A stretch of DNA of 64,000 bases from Alphaproteobacteria bacterium (lineage in GTDB: Bacteria; Pseudomonadota; Alphaproteobacteria; GCA-2731375): contig JAJFGG010000086.1 of NCBI GenBank assembly GCA_021776235.1, positions 20,668 to 84,667 on the forward strand, read 5' to 3'. A model generated the notes under the pieces. The model was not told where the DNA came from and ran no database searches. It worked only from the letters and a program-made list of their open reading frames with translations. Below are positions 8,677 to 19,061 of this stretch, piece by piece (position 1 is the first letter of the stretch; every line of letters begins with the position of its first letter). A program made the translations under genes and the position numbers.

Positions 8677-10536
8677 TTTCGCCATCACCGTCGCCATGCG
8701 CCGTGAAAACGCCGCCGGATCGGGCAACGGATCGCCTTCGATAATGCGCGCCTGATCCAACAGCAAATGGGCCAGGTCGGCCATATCATCGGCTGCGCCG
8801 CCCTTGGTGGCCGCATTGGCCATGTTCTTGATCAAGGCGTGCTTGGGATTGATTTCCAGAATTCGGACGGAATCGGTATTCAGTTGATTATGCGCCTTTA
8901 ACATCCGTTCCAACCGCATATCCATATCGCCGTCATCGGCAACCAGACAGACCGCGCTATCGGTCAGACGGTCGGTGGAGCGCACATCCTTGACCGCCTC
9001 CCCCAGGGTTTGTTTTACCAGGGCGATCAGGGTGGCCAATTCAGAGTCGCGAATGGGCTCGGCCTCCTCCGCCTCATCCTCGGCCGGCTCCTCGCCCAAG
9101 TTCGAAAGATCAGTGGCGCCACGGGTCGCCGAGGTCAGGGCATGACCGTCATACTCAAAGACCGTGGAAAGCCAGAAATCATCCACCGGATCGGACAGCA
9201 GCAGAACCTCTATGCCGCGGGCCCGGAAGCCTTCCAAATGGGGGCTGTTTTCGAGGGTCTGCAGATCGTCGCCCGTAATGTAGTAAATGGCTTCCTGGCC
9301 CTCCTTCATGCGTTCCGCGTAGTCTTTCAGACCGACCAGATCGTCGCCGGCGGTGGAACGGAAACGCACCAGTTCCAGCAGTTCGGCTTGCCGTTCCTGA
9401 TCCTCGTAGAGGCCTTCCTTCAGGACCGAACCGAAGTTTTCCCAGAATTCGGCATACTCCTTCGGTTCCTTTTCCGCTTTCCTGCCCAACTCGGTCAGGA
9501 CACGCCGGGTGACCGCCTGATTCATATGCCGCATTACGGGTGAGGTCTGGAGCATCTCGCGGCTGATGTTCAAGGGCAGATCCTCGCTGTCCACGATGCC
9601 GCGCAAAAAACGCAGATACGAAGGGATCAGGCCTTCCGCCTCGTCGGTAATAAAGATCCGCCGCACATACAATTTGACGGCGTGACGCCGGGCCGGGTCG
9701 AACAGATCAAAGGGCCGGCGCGTCGGGACATACAGCAGGCCGGTGTATTCGATCTTGCCCTCGGCCTTGTAATGAATGGTGAGCCAGGGATCGTCCATGG
9801 CGTGGCCGACATGGTGATAGAACTCGTTGTATTGCTCGTCGGTGATCTCGGATTTGGGACGGCTCCATAGGGCCGAGGCTGCATTGGCGGCCTCCTCCTC
9901 GGCCTCGTCGATGGCCAGCATGATCGGCAGGGCGATGTGGTCGGAGTATTTTTTTACGACGCCCTGCAGTTTGCCTGCGTCCAGCCATTCATCCTCGCCC
10001 TCTTTCAGGTGGATCAGAATTGTCGTGCCCCGGCCTGGGCGTTCCGCCTCGGCCATGGTGAATTCTCCCAGGCCGTCCGAGGTCCAGACCCAGGCCGCCT
10101 CGTCCCCGGCCCGGCGCGAGGTTACTTCAACCTTATCCGCGACCATGAAGACCGAATAAAAGCCGACGCCGAATTGACCAATCAACTGCATGTCCTCGGC
10201 GGCGTCGCCACTGAGGTTTTCCATGAAGGCGGAGGTGCCCGAGCGGGCAATGGTGCCCAGGTCGCTGATCATGCCATCACGATCCATGCCGATGCCGTTG
10301 TCGGACAGGGACAGGGTTCGCGCCGCCGTATCAACCTTGATATGTACGGCGAAGTCCGGGTCGTCGCCGAGAATTTCCGGCTCGGTAATGGACAGGTAAC
10401 GCGCCTTGTCGCAGGCATCCGAGGCATTGGAAATCAATTCCCGCAGGAAGACCTCCTTATCGGAGTATACCGAATTGACCATCAGCCGCAGCAGCCGCGC
10501 AACCTCGGCCTGGAAGGAGAGTGTTTCCTCGCTCAT
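8665..10536 (-). CDS. htpG: molecular chaperone HtpG (Hsp90)
   Basis: [60 protein letters not shown]. Start ATG 10536 with AAAGGA RBS. Confidence 0.97.
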   Translation of the reverse strand: MSEETLSFQAEVARLLRLMVNSVYSDKEVFLRELISNASDACDKARYLSITEPEILGDDPDFAVHIKVDTAARTLSLSDNGIGMDRDGMISDLGTIARSGTSAFMENLSGDAAEDMQLIGQFGVGFYSVFMVADKVEVTSRRAGDEAAWVWTSDGLGEFTMAEAERPGRGTTILIHLKEGEDEWLDAGKLQGVVKKYSDHIALPIMLAIDEAEEEAANAASALWSRPKSEITDEQYNEFYHHVGHAMDDPWLTIHYKAEGKIEYTGLLYVPTRRPFDLFDPARRHAVKLYVRRIFITDEAEGLIPSYLRFLRGIVDSEDLPLNISREMLQTSPVMRHMNQAVTRRVLTELGRKAEKEPKEYAEFWENFGSVLKEGLYEDQERQAELLELVRFRSTAGDDLVGLKDYAERMKEGQEAIYYITGDDLQTLENSPHLEGFRARGIEVLLLSDPVDDFWLSTVFEYDGHALTSATRGATDLSNLGEEPAEDEAEEAEPIRDSELATLIALVKQTLGEAVKDVRSTDRLTDSAVCLVADDGDMDMRLERMLKAHNQLNTDSVRILEINPKHALIKNMANAATKGGAADDMADLAHLLLDQARIIEGDPLPDPAAFSRRMATVMAKAAG

Positions 10537-10549
10537 TTTGGATGATCCT

Positions 10550-11644
10550 TTATTTTTTGCTGGCATCTTTGTCCTCGACCAGCAGAGCGCTGGCCTGGGT
10601 CAGGAAATCTTTCGCCTTGTATTCCGGCAATTCGTAGGCCCATGGGGCGAAACGCTGGTTGATATGGGCGACCTCCGACTTGGCGTCGTCGATGCTTTTC
10701 ATGGCCGTCTTCTGCTCTTTCGTCAGACCTTCCAGTCGGATATCGGCGGCATTGAAGGCAGCTGTCAGGCGAAGCCAATGGCTGTCCTTGCGCTTGATCA
10801 CGGAGACTTGCAAGGTGACGCCGTCAAAGGTCTTGAACTCCGCGCGGTTGGCGCCATTGAAATCCACTTTGTCGGCGCGGCGCACGTCCTCGAAGGTCAA
10901 AAAACCCAAGGCCGAACCCAGGGCATTGCCGGCGGTATCGTGCAGCTGTTTCATGCCCGGGGGGATGTCGGCGACCGTAAAATCGCGGCCGTCGGGATCC
11001 GCCCGAACAACCTCGATGCGGGCGCCGTCCGGCTGGACGGTGGCTGCAGCGCGGACCCTTTTGCGATCGATGGTCGGCATCGCGTCGTCCAGCCAGCGAT
11101 CGATGGTCTCCCAGGCTTCAATCCGGCCGGAGGCCAGATAGCTCTGATCGTCGTCCAGGCGGCGGACATAGTGGATACCGTCTTCATTCTGGGTCGGACT
11201 GACCTTGGTTTTGCCGACGACAATGGCGGCGATGGCGGCGCCCTCGCCATCCGCAAGGGCGATGCTGGTGCCCCGCCCACCATCATTCGGCGCCTTCAGA
11301 AACAGCCGTTCGTGCAACTCGGGCTTGGCGGTCTTGGCTTCCAACAGGCGCATGCTGGCAATGCCCACGACCGCCTGTTTTATGGTCGCGAATTTTACCG
11401 GATAACCATCCCGTTCCTTGACCCGCCAGTCATCTCCCTGGCCACGAAGAACGGTGAACGCCAGCTTTGGCGTATGCACATTGACCTGTGCGATGCTGTT
11501 GATCTGTGCCATCAAATCTGGAAACAGGCTGCCTGGGGGCGCGGCGGATGCCGTGGCGCGACTCCGTTCCACGGTAGACCAGACGGCCGCCGCGACGAAC
11601 AATGCGGTGATCATGGCGAGGAGGGCAAATGGTTTTGTTTTCAT
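10550..11644 (-). CDS. DUF4340 domain-containing periplasmic protein (Gld-type ABC system accessory)
   Basis: N-terminal TM anchor, W-x-V-x-x-x-x-G-Y-P, YVR and W-x-Y-E-L-P-x-Y-K motifs. Position directly after the GldG-like gene. Confidence 0.75.
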   Translation of the reverse strand: MKTKPFALLAMITALFVAAAVWSTVERSRATASAAPPGSLFPDLMAQINSIAQVNVHTPKLAFTVLRGQGDDWRVKERDGYPVKFATIKQAVVGIASMRLLEAKTAKPELHERLFLKAPNDGGRGTSIALADGEGAAIAAIVVGKTKVSPTQNEDGIHYVRRLDDDQSYLASGRIEAWETIDRWLDDAMPTIDRKRVRAAATVQPDGARIEVVRADPDGRDFTVADIPPGMKQLHDTAGNALGSALGFLTFEDVRRADKVDFNGANRAEFKTFDGVTLQVSVIKRKDSHWLRLTAAFNAADIRLEGLTKEQKTAMKSIDDAKSEVAHINQRFAPWAYELPEYKAKDFLTQASALLVEDKDASKK

Positions 11645-11658
11645 TTTCTATTCCCCTG

Positions 11659-13566
11659 TCAGCTTCGCGCCGCGCCTGCGCGCCGCCGCCGGCGCAGCCG
11701 GAACAAGGCAAGGATGGCCGCGACGACTGCTACCGCCAGGGGCATCAGCCCCACATTGGCAAATTTCAACCGTGTCTCCAGCCCATCAATATCCCGGTTC
11801 AGGTTGTGTTGGACATCGCGCAGCTGCTTTCGGGTCTGGAATACCTGGCTGCGGACCGATTGAATTTCAGCCTGCTGTTCCGGCGTCAACAGGCTGCCGC
11901 CTCCGGCCTGGGCCCTGGATTCAAGCTCGGCAATGCGGTTTTTGCTCTTTTCCAGGCTCTCTTTCAGCTTCCGCTCCTCGGCCAGGAATTTCTGTTCGGC
12001 AGCCAGACGCATGGCTTCCACCACATCAAACGGGCGGGTGGATTTGCCGCGGCTTCGCAGCCCGATCAGATCGGAAGAACCTGTTAGATTATCCAGGGCA
12101 TTGATCACGAAATCGGCGTTGGCCGCGATCGGCACGATCACGTCCTGGCCCATCAGGTTCTGCCGGCGCAGCCAGAATTGGTCATGCAGCAAATCACTAT
12201 CAGCGACCACGATGACACTGATGGGATCACTGCTCTCCTTCAGATGGGGTTGCGCCGGCTTGCCTGCAACCTCTTCTTGGCCCTGCGGCGGGCCATCGGG
12301 GAAGGCTGATTTGGCTATGCCGCCCAGGCGGGCCGCGATGGTGTGGCGGACGCCGTCCGGTTTGAAAATCTCCAGCAGGCGGTCGGGCGCGGGGCCAAAG
12401 CGGACCAGATTGGTCTCCATCCGCATGGCCTGGGCGGAGCTGGAGATTAGCGGCGTGATCGCGACCTTGCTCTCGGGCAGTGCTTCGATACTGCCCGCAT
12501 TGGCCAATATCATGGGGCCAAGGTCGGCGGTTACCACGTCCTCTGCGTTCAGGTTTCCGGGACCCATTTGCAGCCAAACCAGATAGCGGACGACCCGGGT
12601 ACGCCCTCCTTGGCCGGCGTTGACCTGCTGGGCGGCTTCAAAATCGCCAATGACGAATTCGGTGGCGACGGATACGCCCCAGGCGTTCAGCAGTTTTTCA
12701 AGTTGTGAACTGGCCTGCTCCACGGCCTGCTGCCGTCCCCGTTGTTGTTGCTGGCCTCGTGCGGATACTTCGGAAAAGGGATCGACAAAGACCAGGACCC
12801 GGCCGCCAGCCATGACAAACTGGTCAATGGCGTAAAGGGCCTGGTCGTTCAGGCCCAGGGGATGGGCGATCATAACGACGTCGACATCGTCCGGGATTCC
12901 GCCCTGCCGTGGATCCAGTGTCTTCAAATCAAAGACATCGCGGATGGTGCTGACGATGGCCCAGGGCTGCGGTCCGCCCCCAAAACGCATCATGGGGGAC
13001 GCGTCCGCGTTCATGGGCAGACCGCTGATCAGACCGATTACCGGCTTTTTCGGATCACTCAGATTAAACAGCATCCGGGTCAGGTCGTATTCCAGGAACG
13101 CTTCTTTCTCGCGGCTGAAAAACGGCACAACCTGACGGTCGTCGATGGTGTTGGTGGCAACCAGGCCAAAATACAGACTGTCTCCCGTGCCAAGGGGCAC
13201 GGCCTGCAGACCAAGCCGGACAGCGTCATCCTCGTTCTCGGTAAAAGGTTCGGGGTCGATAATCTCAAGGCGGATTTTGCCCTGGGACAAATTGACGTAC
13301 TCTTCCAGCAGTTCCCGGACCCGTAGGCCATAGGATTTGATATTGGGTAGCTGGTTGGCCAGTTTCTCTGAAAAGTAGAAACGCAGACGGATTGGTTCGG
13401 GTATCTCATCCAGGATGCGTTTCGAACCCGCGCTTAGGGTATACAGGCCTTGCTGGGTCAGATCGAGGCGGGTTGACCGCAGGGCGTTGGACGAAAATAC
13501 GTTGATGCTGAGATACAGGATGCTGGCCAGAACCAGGGCCAGCACGGCGGTTGTTGAACGGTTCAT
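11659..13566 (-). CDS. GldG-family ABC-type uncharacterized transport auxiliary protein
   Basis: RLDLTxxxLYTLS, IDPEPF, LEYDLTR, IDQFVMxGG, VADSD, N-x-D-F-x-x-N-x-x-D-x-L, coiled coil and C-terminal TM. Confidence 0.85.
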   Translation of the reverse strand: MNRSTTAVLALVLASILYLSINVFSSNALRSTRLDLTQQGLYTLSAGSKRILDEIPEPIRLRFYFSEKLANQLPNIKSYGLRVRELLEEYVNLSQGKIRLEIIDPEPFTENEDDAVRLGLQAVPLGTGDSLYFGLVATNTIDDRQVVPFFSREKEAFLEYDLTRMLFNLSDPKKPVIGLISGLPMNADASPMMRFGGGPQPWAIVSTIRDVFDLKTLDPRQGGIPDDVDVVMIAHPLGLNDQALYAIDQFVMAGGRVLVFVDPFSEVSARGQQQQRGRQQAVEQASSQLEKLLNAWGVSVATEFVIGDFEAAQQVNAGQGGRTRVVRYLVWLQMGPGNLNAEDVVTADLGPMILANAGSIEALPESKVAITPLISSSAQAMRMETNLVRFGPAPDRLLEIFKPDGVRHTIAARLGGIAKSAFPDGPPQGQEEVAGKPAQPHLKESSDPISVIVVADSDLLHDQFWLRRQNLMGQDVIVPIAANADFVINALDNLTGSSDLIGLRSRGKSTRPFDVVEAMRLAAEQKFLAEERKLKESLEKSKNRIAELESRAQAGGGSLLTPEQQAEIQSVRSQVFQTRKQLRDVQHNLNRDIDGLETRLKFANVGLMPLAVAVVAAILALFRLRRRRRAGAARS

Positions 13567-13578
13567 GCGCCTATCCCC

Positions 13579-14316
13579 CTAATCGGCTTTTTTCAGATCG
13601 ACGATGATCAAATTGGCGAATAGCCAAAGCAGGATCAGCGAGACGAAGTAAATCAGATCGCGCAGGTCAATGACGCCGTTCTGAATTGCGTTGAAGTGGG
13701 TCAGGAAGCTGAACGAAGCGACCGCGTCCAGCAGCGCCTGCGGTGCCCAGGCGGCAAAGAAATCCAGCACGATCGGGGCGCCGGAAACGGTGAAAAGGAA
13801 GCACACCACGACGGAAACAACGAAGGCGACAACCTGGTTCTTGGTGGCCGCAGAAATGCAGGCCCCGATGGCCAGATAGCCCCCAGCCATCAACATGCTG
13901 CCCAGATAGGAGGCCACGATCACGCCATGATCGGGCTGGCCCAGATAGCTGACGGTCAACCACATGGGAAAGGTCAGCCCCAGGGCGATGCAAATGAAAA
14001 CCCAGGCGGCCAGGAATTTGCCCACAACCGTGGACCACACCGACAGGGGCAGGGTCAGCAACAGTTCGATAGAGCCGGATTTACGCTCTTCAGCCCAGAG
14101 GCGCATGGCGATGGCTGGCACCAGGAACAGATACAGCCAGGGATGGAAGTTGAAGAATGGCTTTAGATCCGCCTGTCCGCGGAGGAAAAAGCTGCCCAGA
14201 TAAAAGGTAAAGATGCCGGTCAGAAACAGAAATATGACGATGAAAATGTACGCCAGCGGGGTGTTGAAATAGCCCTTCAACTCGCGGCGGAATACGGCCC
14301 AGGTGGTTGCCATCAT
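13579..14316 (-). CDS. ABC transporter permease (GldF-like)
   Basis: RELxxYFxTPLAY, PAIAMRLWAEERKSGSIELLLTLP, GKFLA, GVIDLRD. Confidence 0.9.
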   Translation of the reverse strand: MMATTWAVFRRELKGYFNTPLAYIFIVIFLFLTGIFTFYLGSFFLRGQADLKPFFNFHPWLYLFLVPAIAMRLWAEERKSGSIELLLTLPLSVWSTVVGKFLAAWVFICIALGLTFPMWLTVSYLGQPDHGVIVASYLGSMLMAGGYLAIGACISAATKNQVVAFVVSVVVCFLFTVSGAPIVLDFFAAWAPQALLDAVASFSFLTHFNAIQNGVIDLRDLIYFVSLILLWLFANLIIVDLKKAD

Positions 14317-15287
14317 ACGGCCTCTCCCTGCCCAGTGCCCGGTTCGACGGCCTGGCCTGGTTCCGGCCGGGACCGGGTGATGCTGCGGAATACATCATCC
14401 AGACGAGGCGGTTCCACCGACAAACGCGAGGTTGACCAGTTCCGTTGTTTGATCAAATCGGCAACCTCCGCGACGATGGATACGCCGTTTTTGGGGTAGG
14501 CCCGATAGTACCCGTCCGGCATCTCTTCAACCTTGGATACGTTGGCCATGGCCCCGAGGGCTTCGGCGACGCCGCCGTCCTGGCAGTTGATCAGCACCGC
14601 GTTGTGGAACGGCGATTGGCGCTCCAGTTCCGCTGGTGTGCCGTCGGCGACAATCCGGCCGTTGGCGATGATCATGGCCCGGCTACAGACCGCGTCGACC
14701 TCTTCCAGAATGTGGGTCGAAATAATGATGGCCTTTTCTTTCGCCATATCGGCGATCAGGCTCCGCACCTCGTGTTTTTGGTTCGGGTCCAAGCCGTCGG
14801 TCGGTTCGTCCAGAACCAGCACGGGGGGATCATGCAGGATCGCCTGGGCCAGACCGACCCGTCGTTTAAAGCCCTTGGACAGGGTTTCGATGGGTTGTTC
14901 CAGGACCGTTTCCAAATGCACATTGGCGATGACGTAGTCCAGGCGCCGCCGGCGCGTGGCCGCATCAAGGCGGCGCACATCGGCGACGAAATTCAAGAAG
15001 CCGATCGGCGTCATATCGGGATAGGCCGGTGCGCCCTCGGGCAGATAACCAATCTGCGCCTTGGCGGCGATGGGCTGATCGTCAACGTCATGGCCGGCCA
15101 CCCGGACCGAACCCGCCGTTGGCGTCATGAAGCCGGTAATCATCTTCATTGTCGTGGATTTGCCAGCACCATTTGGTCCCAGAAACCCCAATACCTGACC
15201 CTTGGGCACATTGAAGCTGACGCCGTCTACGGCCGTAAGGTGGCCAAAGGTTTTGACCAGACCCTCGACCTCGATCATCCAATCCAT
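14313..15287 (-). CDS. ABC transporter ATP-binding protein (GldA-like)
   Basis: Walker A GPNGAGKST, signature LSKGFKRR, Walker B LVLDEPT, STH. Confidence 0.93.
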   Translation of the reverse strand: MDWMIEVEGLVKTFGHLTAVDGVSFNVPKGQVLGFLGPNGAGKSTTMKMITGFMTPTAGSVRVAGHDVDDQPIAAKAQIGYLPEGAPAYPDMTPIGFLNFVADVRRLDAATRRRRLDYVIANVHLETVLEQPIETLSKGFKRRVGLAQAILHDPPVLVLDEPTDGLDPNQKHEVRSLIADMAKEKAIIISTHILEEVDAVCSRAMIIANGRIVADGTPAELERQSPFHNAVLINCQDGGVAEALGAMANVSKVEEMPDGYYRAYPKNGVSIVAEVADLIKQRNWSTSRLSVEPPRLDDVFRSITRSRPEPGQAVEPGTGQGEAV

Positions 15288-15445
15288 AGATGTTTTGCCT
15301 TTTTCGCCCAGAATCGATCTGGTGTGTTATTTTCGGGTGATTTCGGCCCGTTAAATAGTCGCTCCGCCAGGAACCTTCAAGGGCATTTGCGCAAGCAGGG
15401 GGTCGCCTTGTAGATTATTTGCAATGCAGCCAGTGGAAACGGAAA

Positions 15446-15667
15446 ATGGAGCGGCCTGTGACATCGTCATCTGATCGGCCCGAAACCCTGCAACGGGTGG
15501 TCTCGCCCTGCGCTGGCGTCTGTATCTTACACACCGAAACCAAATTCTGCCTGGGCTGCTACCGGACCATCGGTGAAATCGCGGGATGGCAGGATATGAG
15601 CGCCGACAAACAGCATGCCGTCATGGCCGAACTGGCCCAACGCCGCGCCGCTGACCGGGGATCATGA
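15446..15667 (+). CDS. DUF1289 small cysteine-rich protein
   Basis: SPCxGVC...CxGCxRTxxEIxxW signature. Start uncertain. Confidence 0.8.
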   Translation: MERPVTSSSDRPETLQRVVSPCAGVCILHTETKFCLGCYRTIGEIAGWQDMSADKQHAVMAELAQRRAADRGS

Positions 15668-16600
15668 CGCACGACCCTGGTTTTTTCGCGGCCCGGACAG
15701 CGGTCCGGATCTGCGCCCGGAAAACTGCATCAGCCAGATTCCACCAAGCACCATTACACCACCCAGCAACTGCACCGGTGTCATAATTTCGCCAAACAGC
15801 AGATAGGCTGCCGTGATAGAGACCAATGGTTGGGTATTGGTGAGCATGGCTGATTTCAAGGCGCCAATATAGCTTAGGGCCAGGAAATAAATCGGCACGG
15901 AAGTGGCCTGCAACAGCACCACGGCTATCAGGCCGCCCCAGCCCGGGCCAGTGTGCGGCCAGGTCATACCACCAAAACCAAGGCACAAACCCAGCAACAC
16001 GGCGGCGGCGACCAGGGCCATATGGGTGGTAACCACCATGGTGTCGTATTGCCCCATACGCCGGACCAGCCAAACCGCATTCCAGGCCGCCGCCATACCC
16101 GCCCCAAAGGCCAGGGCAACACCGCGAATGTCGACCACATTCAGTGAAACCCCCAACATCAGGGCCAGACCTAGAAACGCGGCGGCGATGGCGGTCAGGT
16201 TGGGGACGGTAATTCGTTCGCGGATTACCAGGATGTTCAGTACCGCGATCATGGGCGGATAGGTGAAGAACAACAGTACCGCCAGGCCCACCGGAATAAA
16301 TTCGACGGCGCCAACATGGCCGTAAAACATCATGGCGGTGAGACCGCCCAGACCGGCGCAATGGGCCTGCACCCGCCACGGCAAGGCCAGGGAACGGCCG
16401 CTGAACCAGCAAAACATCGGCAAGCCGACAGCCATCAGGCAAGCCCGTGTCGTGGCCACCGTGATGCCATTGCTGCCCCCGTCATAAGCGTAGCGGGAAA
16501 GTGCCACGGCCAGGCCAAGGCCCACGGCCGAGATCACCGCCAGGGCCGTACCCAGGGCCCGGCGCCGCGCTTCAGGCGACCGGCGGCGCCCCTCAGGCAA
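15662..16600 (-). CDS. DMT/EamA family transporter
   Basis: About 10 TM segments, FTYP and P-x-x-S...LLFGE motifs. Likely TTG start at 16600 overlapping the upstream stop; the ORF extends to 16639. Confidence 0.8.
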   Translation of the reverse strand: MPEGRRRSPEARRRALGTALAVISAVGLGLAVALSRYAYDGGSNGITVATTRACLMAVGLPMFCWFSGRSLALPWRVQAHCAGLGGLTAMMFYGHVGAVEFIPVGLAVLLFFTYPPMIAVLNILVIRERITVPNLTAIAAAFLGLALMLGVSLNVVDIRGVALAFGAGMAAAWNAVWLVRRMGQYDTMVVTTHMALVAAAVLLGLCLGFGGMTWPHTGPGWGGLIAVVLLQATSVPIYFLALSYIGALKSAMLTNTQPLVSITAAYLLFGEIMTPVQLLGGVMVLGGIWLMQFSGRRSGPLSGPRKNQGRAS

Positions 16601-17498
16601 ACGTGCCGGCCCCCAGGATCCAGCCTTCCTCGTTTCCAATCAGGGCGCGCTCCCTGCGGCTCAGGCCGGCCGGACCCGCCAGATCGGCGGCCAGTTCGCC
16701 GCGCCCATCGCGGCGGGCCAAATAACGGGCAATGGTTTCGACCTGAACCGCATCCTTGATCATGCCCTGCTCTGGCTTGATCTTGAGGATCGATGGATAG
16801 ACTTCCGCCAAGATGACCTGCCATGGCTGTCCGGGATCCGGCGGCGCCAGGCCGGTTTCGAAAGGCCAGACAAGCGTCTTCAGGGCCAAACCCGGATCGT
16901 CACGCAAGGCTTTCAAAACGGGAATGCCTACCAGGGATTGACTGCCCACGGATCCGGTGGTGTAGAGCTTCCAACAAGGCTGCGTGCGTGGCAACCAGGC
17001 CTCGCAATGGCGCCGTTCGGGTATCATCTCGCCGTAGGCACGGGTCTTGCGCGCGGACAAATCCGCGCTTTGCCGATGGGATGGGCAGCCCCAGAATGGA
17101 AATGGTCCGCCGGATATGCGTTGGTTCAGGCCGGCAGCGACTTCAAAGCGGTTGTTTGCATTGTCCGCGGTATCTTGGATCAAAGCAGCCAGACCATCCC
17201 AGACCGCGCGCCACGGCGGCCCGGAAAAGCCGGCCGCACGGGCAAAGCCGGCCGGATAGCCGTTGGGAAAGTCAAAGCCGGCCAGAACCCGTTGCCCCTC
17301 CGCCGCCAGGTCCTTCAGAATATCCGCGATCTCGACACGAGCCCGCCAGCGCGTTGCCGGATTGCACAGGCGCATTCGGCGCAGGCCGCGGCCGCGCCGC
17401 TGCATCAGGCAATACCAGATGCTGTCCGCGCCCTGTTTCGGCGTGGCGTTGGCGCTCCAATCGACGATCAGATAGGCATCGAAAATACTACGGGTCAC
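16593..17498 (-). CDS. conserved hypothetical protein, RNase H-fold DUF429-like
   Basis: IVDWSA, GFDFPxGYP, SVGSQ, VWPFE, EVYPS, D-A and terminal EEGWILG. The acidic motif pattern resembles DUF429-like predicted nucleases. Confidence 0.6.
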   Translation of the reverse strand: MTRSIFDAYLIVDWSANATPKQGADSIWYCLMQRRGRGLRRMRLCNPATRWRARVEIADILKDLAAEGQRVLAGFDFPNGYPAGFARAAGFSGPPWRAVWDGLAALIQDTADNANNRFEVAAGLNQRISGGPFPFWGCPSHRQSADLSARKTRAYGEMIPERRHCEAWLPRTQPCWKLYTTGSVGSQSLVGIPVLKALRDDPGLALKTLVWPFETGLAPPDPGQPWQVILAEVYPSILKIKPEQGMIKDAVQVETIARYLARRDGRGELAADLAGPAGLSRRERALIGNEEGWILGAGTFA

Positions 17499-17529
17499 CG
17501 CGGGCGGTTCGGACCGGTCTTGATGCGTT

Positions 17530-19002
17530 CTAATTGGTCAGCGCCTCGAACGTGGTGGGTGCTTTTCGCTGGACCTGAAAGCCGTCCCGTCCGATTTCCA
17601 GAACCGCCATGCCCCTTTCGGCCACGCCATCGAGCCCGAAGCGGAAAATACCGTCACTGCCAACGAAGCCATCGGGATCGGTAATGGCGCGGGCGGAGAA
17701 ATCAGGTCCCCCCTCTTCCAGCGCCAGGACGGCGGCCAGCGCCATGGCGTCATAGGCCAGCGAAGCCAGCCGCGGCGGGCGGTGGCCGAATGTAGCCTGG
17801 TAGCGGCCGCGAAAATCTGCAGCCGTCGTCCGGTCCGCGCCGGCGAACCAGCCGCCCAACAGGGCCGGTTCCAGCCTGACTTTGGCATCATCCCAGCGGC
17901 CGGTGCCCAACATGCGGATTTCCGCCGTGTCGATGTCATAGTAGGGCAGTAGCGGGGCCAAGGATTTCAACAACTCACCGCCCTCGGGCAGCAGGACAGC
18001 GTCGTAGTCCAGGTCGCCAAGGGTGTCGTGATTCTTTAACGCCTTCAGCATCCGTCCGGCCGTTTGCGTTTCGCTTTTTTCCAGCTCCTTGCGCCGCGCC
18101 AGCAACGCCTGCCGGCGCACGTGATAATGGGCCAGACGTTTGACCGATTTATCCAGGTCCTCGCCACTGGGGGAATAGAATTCCGCCTGGGCCAGCTCTG
18201 CGCCATGGCGCAGGACCGCTTCCCGTGCGGCCTCCAATACGGCCAGTCCATAAGGGTCTTCCGGCGCCAGGACCGCGAATCGTTTTAAACCACGGGAAGC
18301 GGCAAAGCCGATTACCGTGTCAACTTCCTGGTACGGTGTGAAGCTCAACAGATAGACGCCATTGCCAGCCACCCGCCGATCCGACGAAAAGGCTATTATG
18401 GGTATGTCGGCATTGCGGGTAATGGCGGCCGTCGCCTGGACAGAGGTGTTGAATAGGGGGCCGAGGACGATTTCCGCCCCTTCGCCAACCAGTTCCGCGG
18501 CGGCGCGGCCGGCCCCTTCCGGTGTGCCGCCTGTGTCCCGGGGCATCAATAACAGCCGTTTGCCACCAATATCGAACAGCGCCAGCATCGCCGCATTCAG
18601 CATGGCATGACCCAATCCGGCGGCATTGTCGGGGCCGCTCAAGGGCAGCAGCAGTCCGACGCGGGTTGGTTGGCCCTCGATACCGGACGGCGGTCGCAAG
18701 GCCGGCGCGGCGCGCACGGTCACGTCCTGCGGTGCCGGTACCGCACGAACTATGGGAGCCGGAGCCCTGCTTTGCCCTGGTGGCAAATCCGTGGCTTGTT
18801 TTTGTCCGGCCGGCTTTTTCGTTTCAGCCTTAGGGGTCACTACTGGCACACTGTCGGCTGCGAAGAGCGGCGTTTGCGCACAGCCCGTCAGCAGCGTAGG
18901 GATCAGCAGACATGCGACCAAAACAAAAGTCGGGCGGGAAGGCCAATGATGGATCGGCGAAGGGTGCAAGCGCCTCGTCCTCTTTAAGATATGTGCGCGC
19001 AT
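17530..19002 (-). CDS. penicillin-binding protein activator LpoA/LppC-like lipoprotein
   Basis: Lipobox LLTGC, Pro-rich linker, VGLLLPLSG, GPLF, LAYDA, GxxGxDGxFRF. Divergent from rsmI, as in the conserved yra locus. Confidence 0.85.
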   Translation of the reverse strand: MRAHILKRTRRLHPSPIHHWPSRPTFVLVACLLIPTLLTGCAQTPLFAADSVPVVTPKAETKKPAGQKQATDLPPGQSRAPAPIVRAVPAPQDVTVRAAPALRPPSGIEGQPTRVGLLLPLSGPDNAAGLGHAMLNAAMLALFDIGGKRLLLMPRDTGGTPEGAGRAAAELVGEGAEIVLGPLFNTSVQATAAITRNADIPIIAFSSDRRVAGNGVYLLSFTPYQEVDTVIGFAASRGLKRFAVLAPEDPYGLAVLEAAREAVLRHGAELAQAEFYSPSGEDLDKSVKRLAHYHVRRQALLARRKELEKSETQTAGRMLKALKNHDTLGDLDYDAVLLPEGGELLKSLAPLLPYYDIDTAEIRMLGTGRWDDAKVRLEPALLGGWFAGADRTTAADFRGRYQATFGHRPPRLASLAYDAMALAAVLALEEGGPDFSARAITDPDGFVGSDGIFRFGLDGVAERGMAVLEIGRDGFQVQRKAPTTFEALTN

Positions 19003-19061
19003 CTACTGAAACTTCCGGCGTAGGTGTTCAATCTAGTGCCCAGAACATGGGTGGTAAAGCC

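Noticed and set aside
6746-8755. 669-aa plus-strand ORF
   Set aside because: Antisense shadow of the acyl-CoA synthetase, expected in high-GC DNA; no family motifs.
10406-11863. 485-aa plus-strand ORF
   Set aside because: Antisense to DUF4340, htpG and the GldG-like gene; no motifs.
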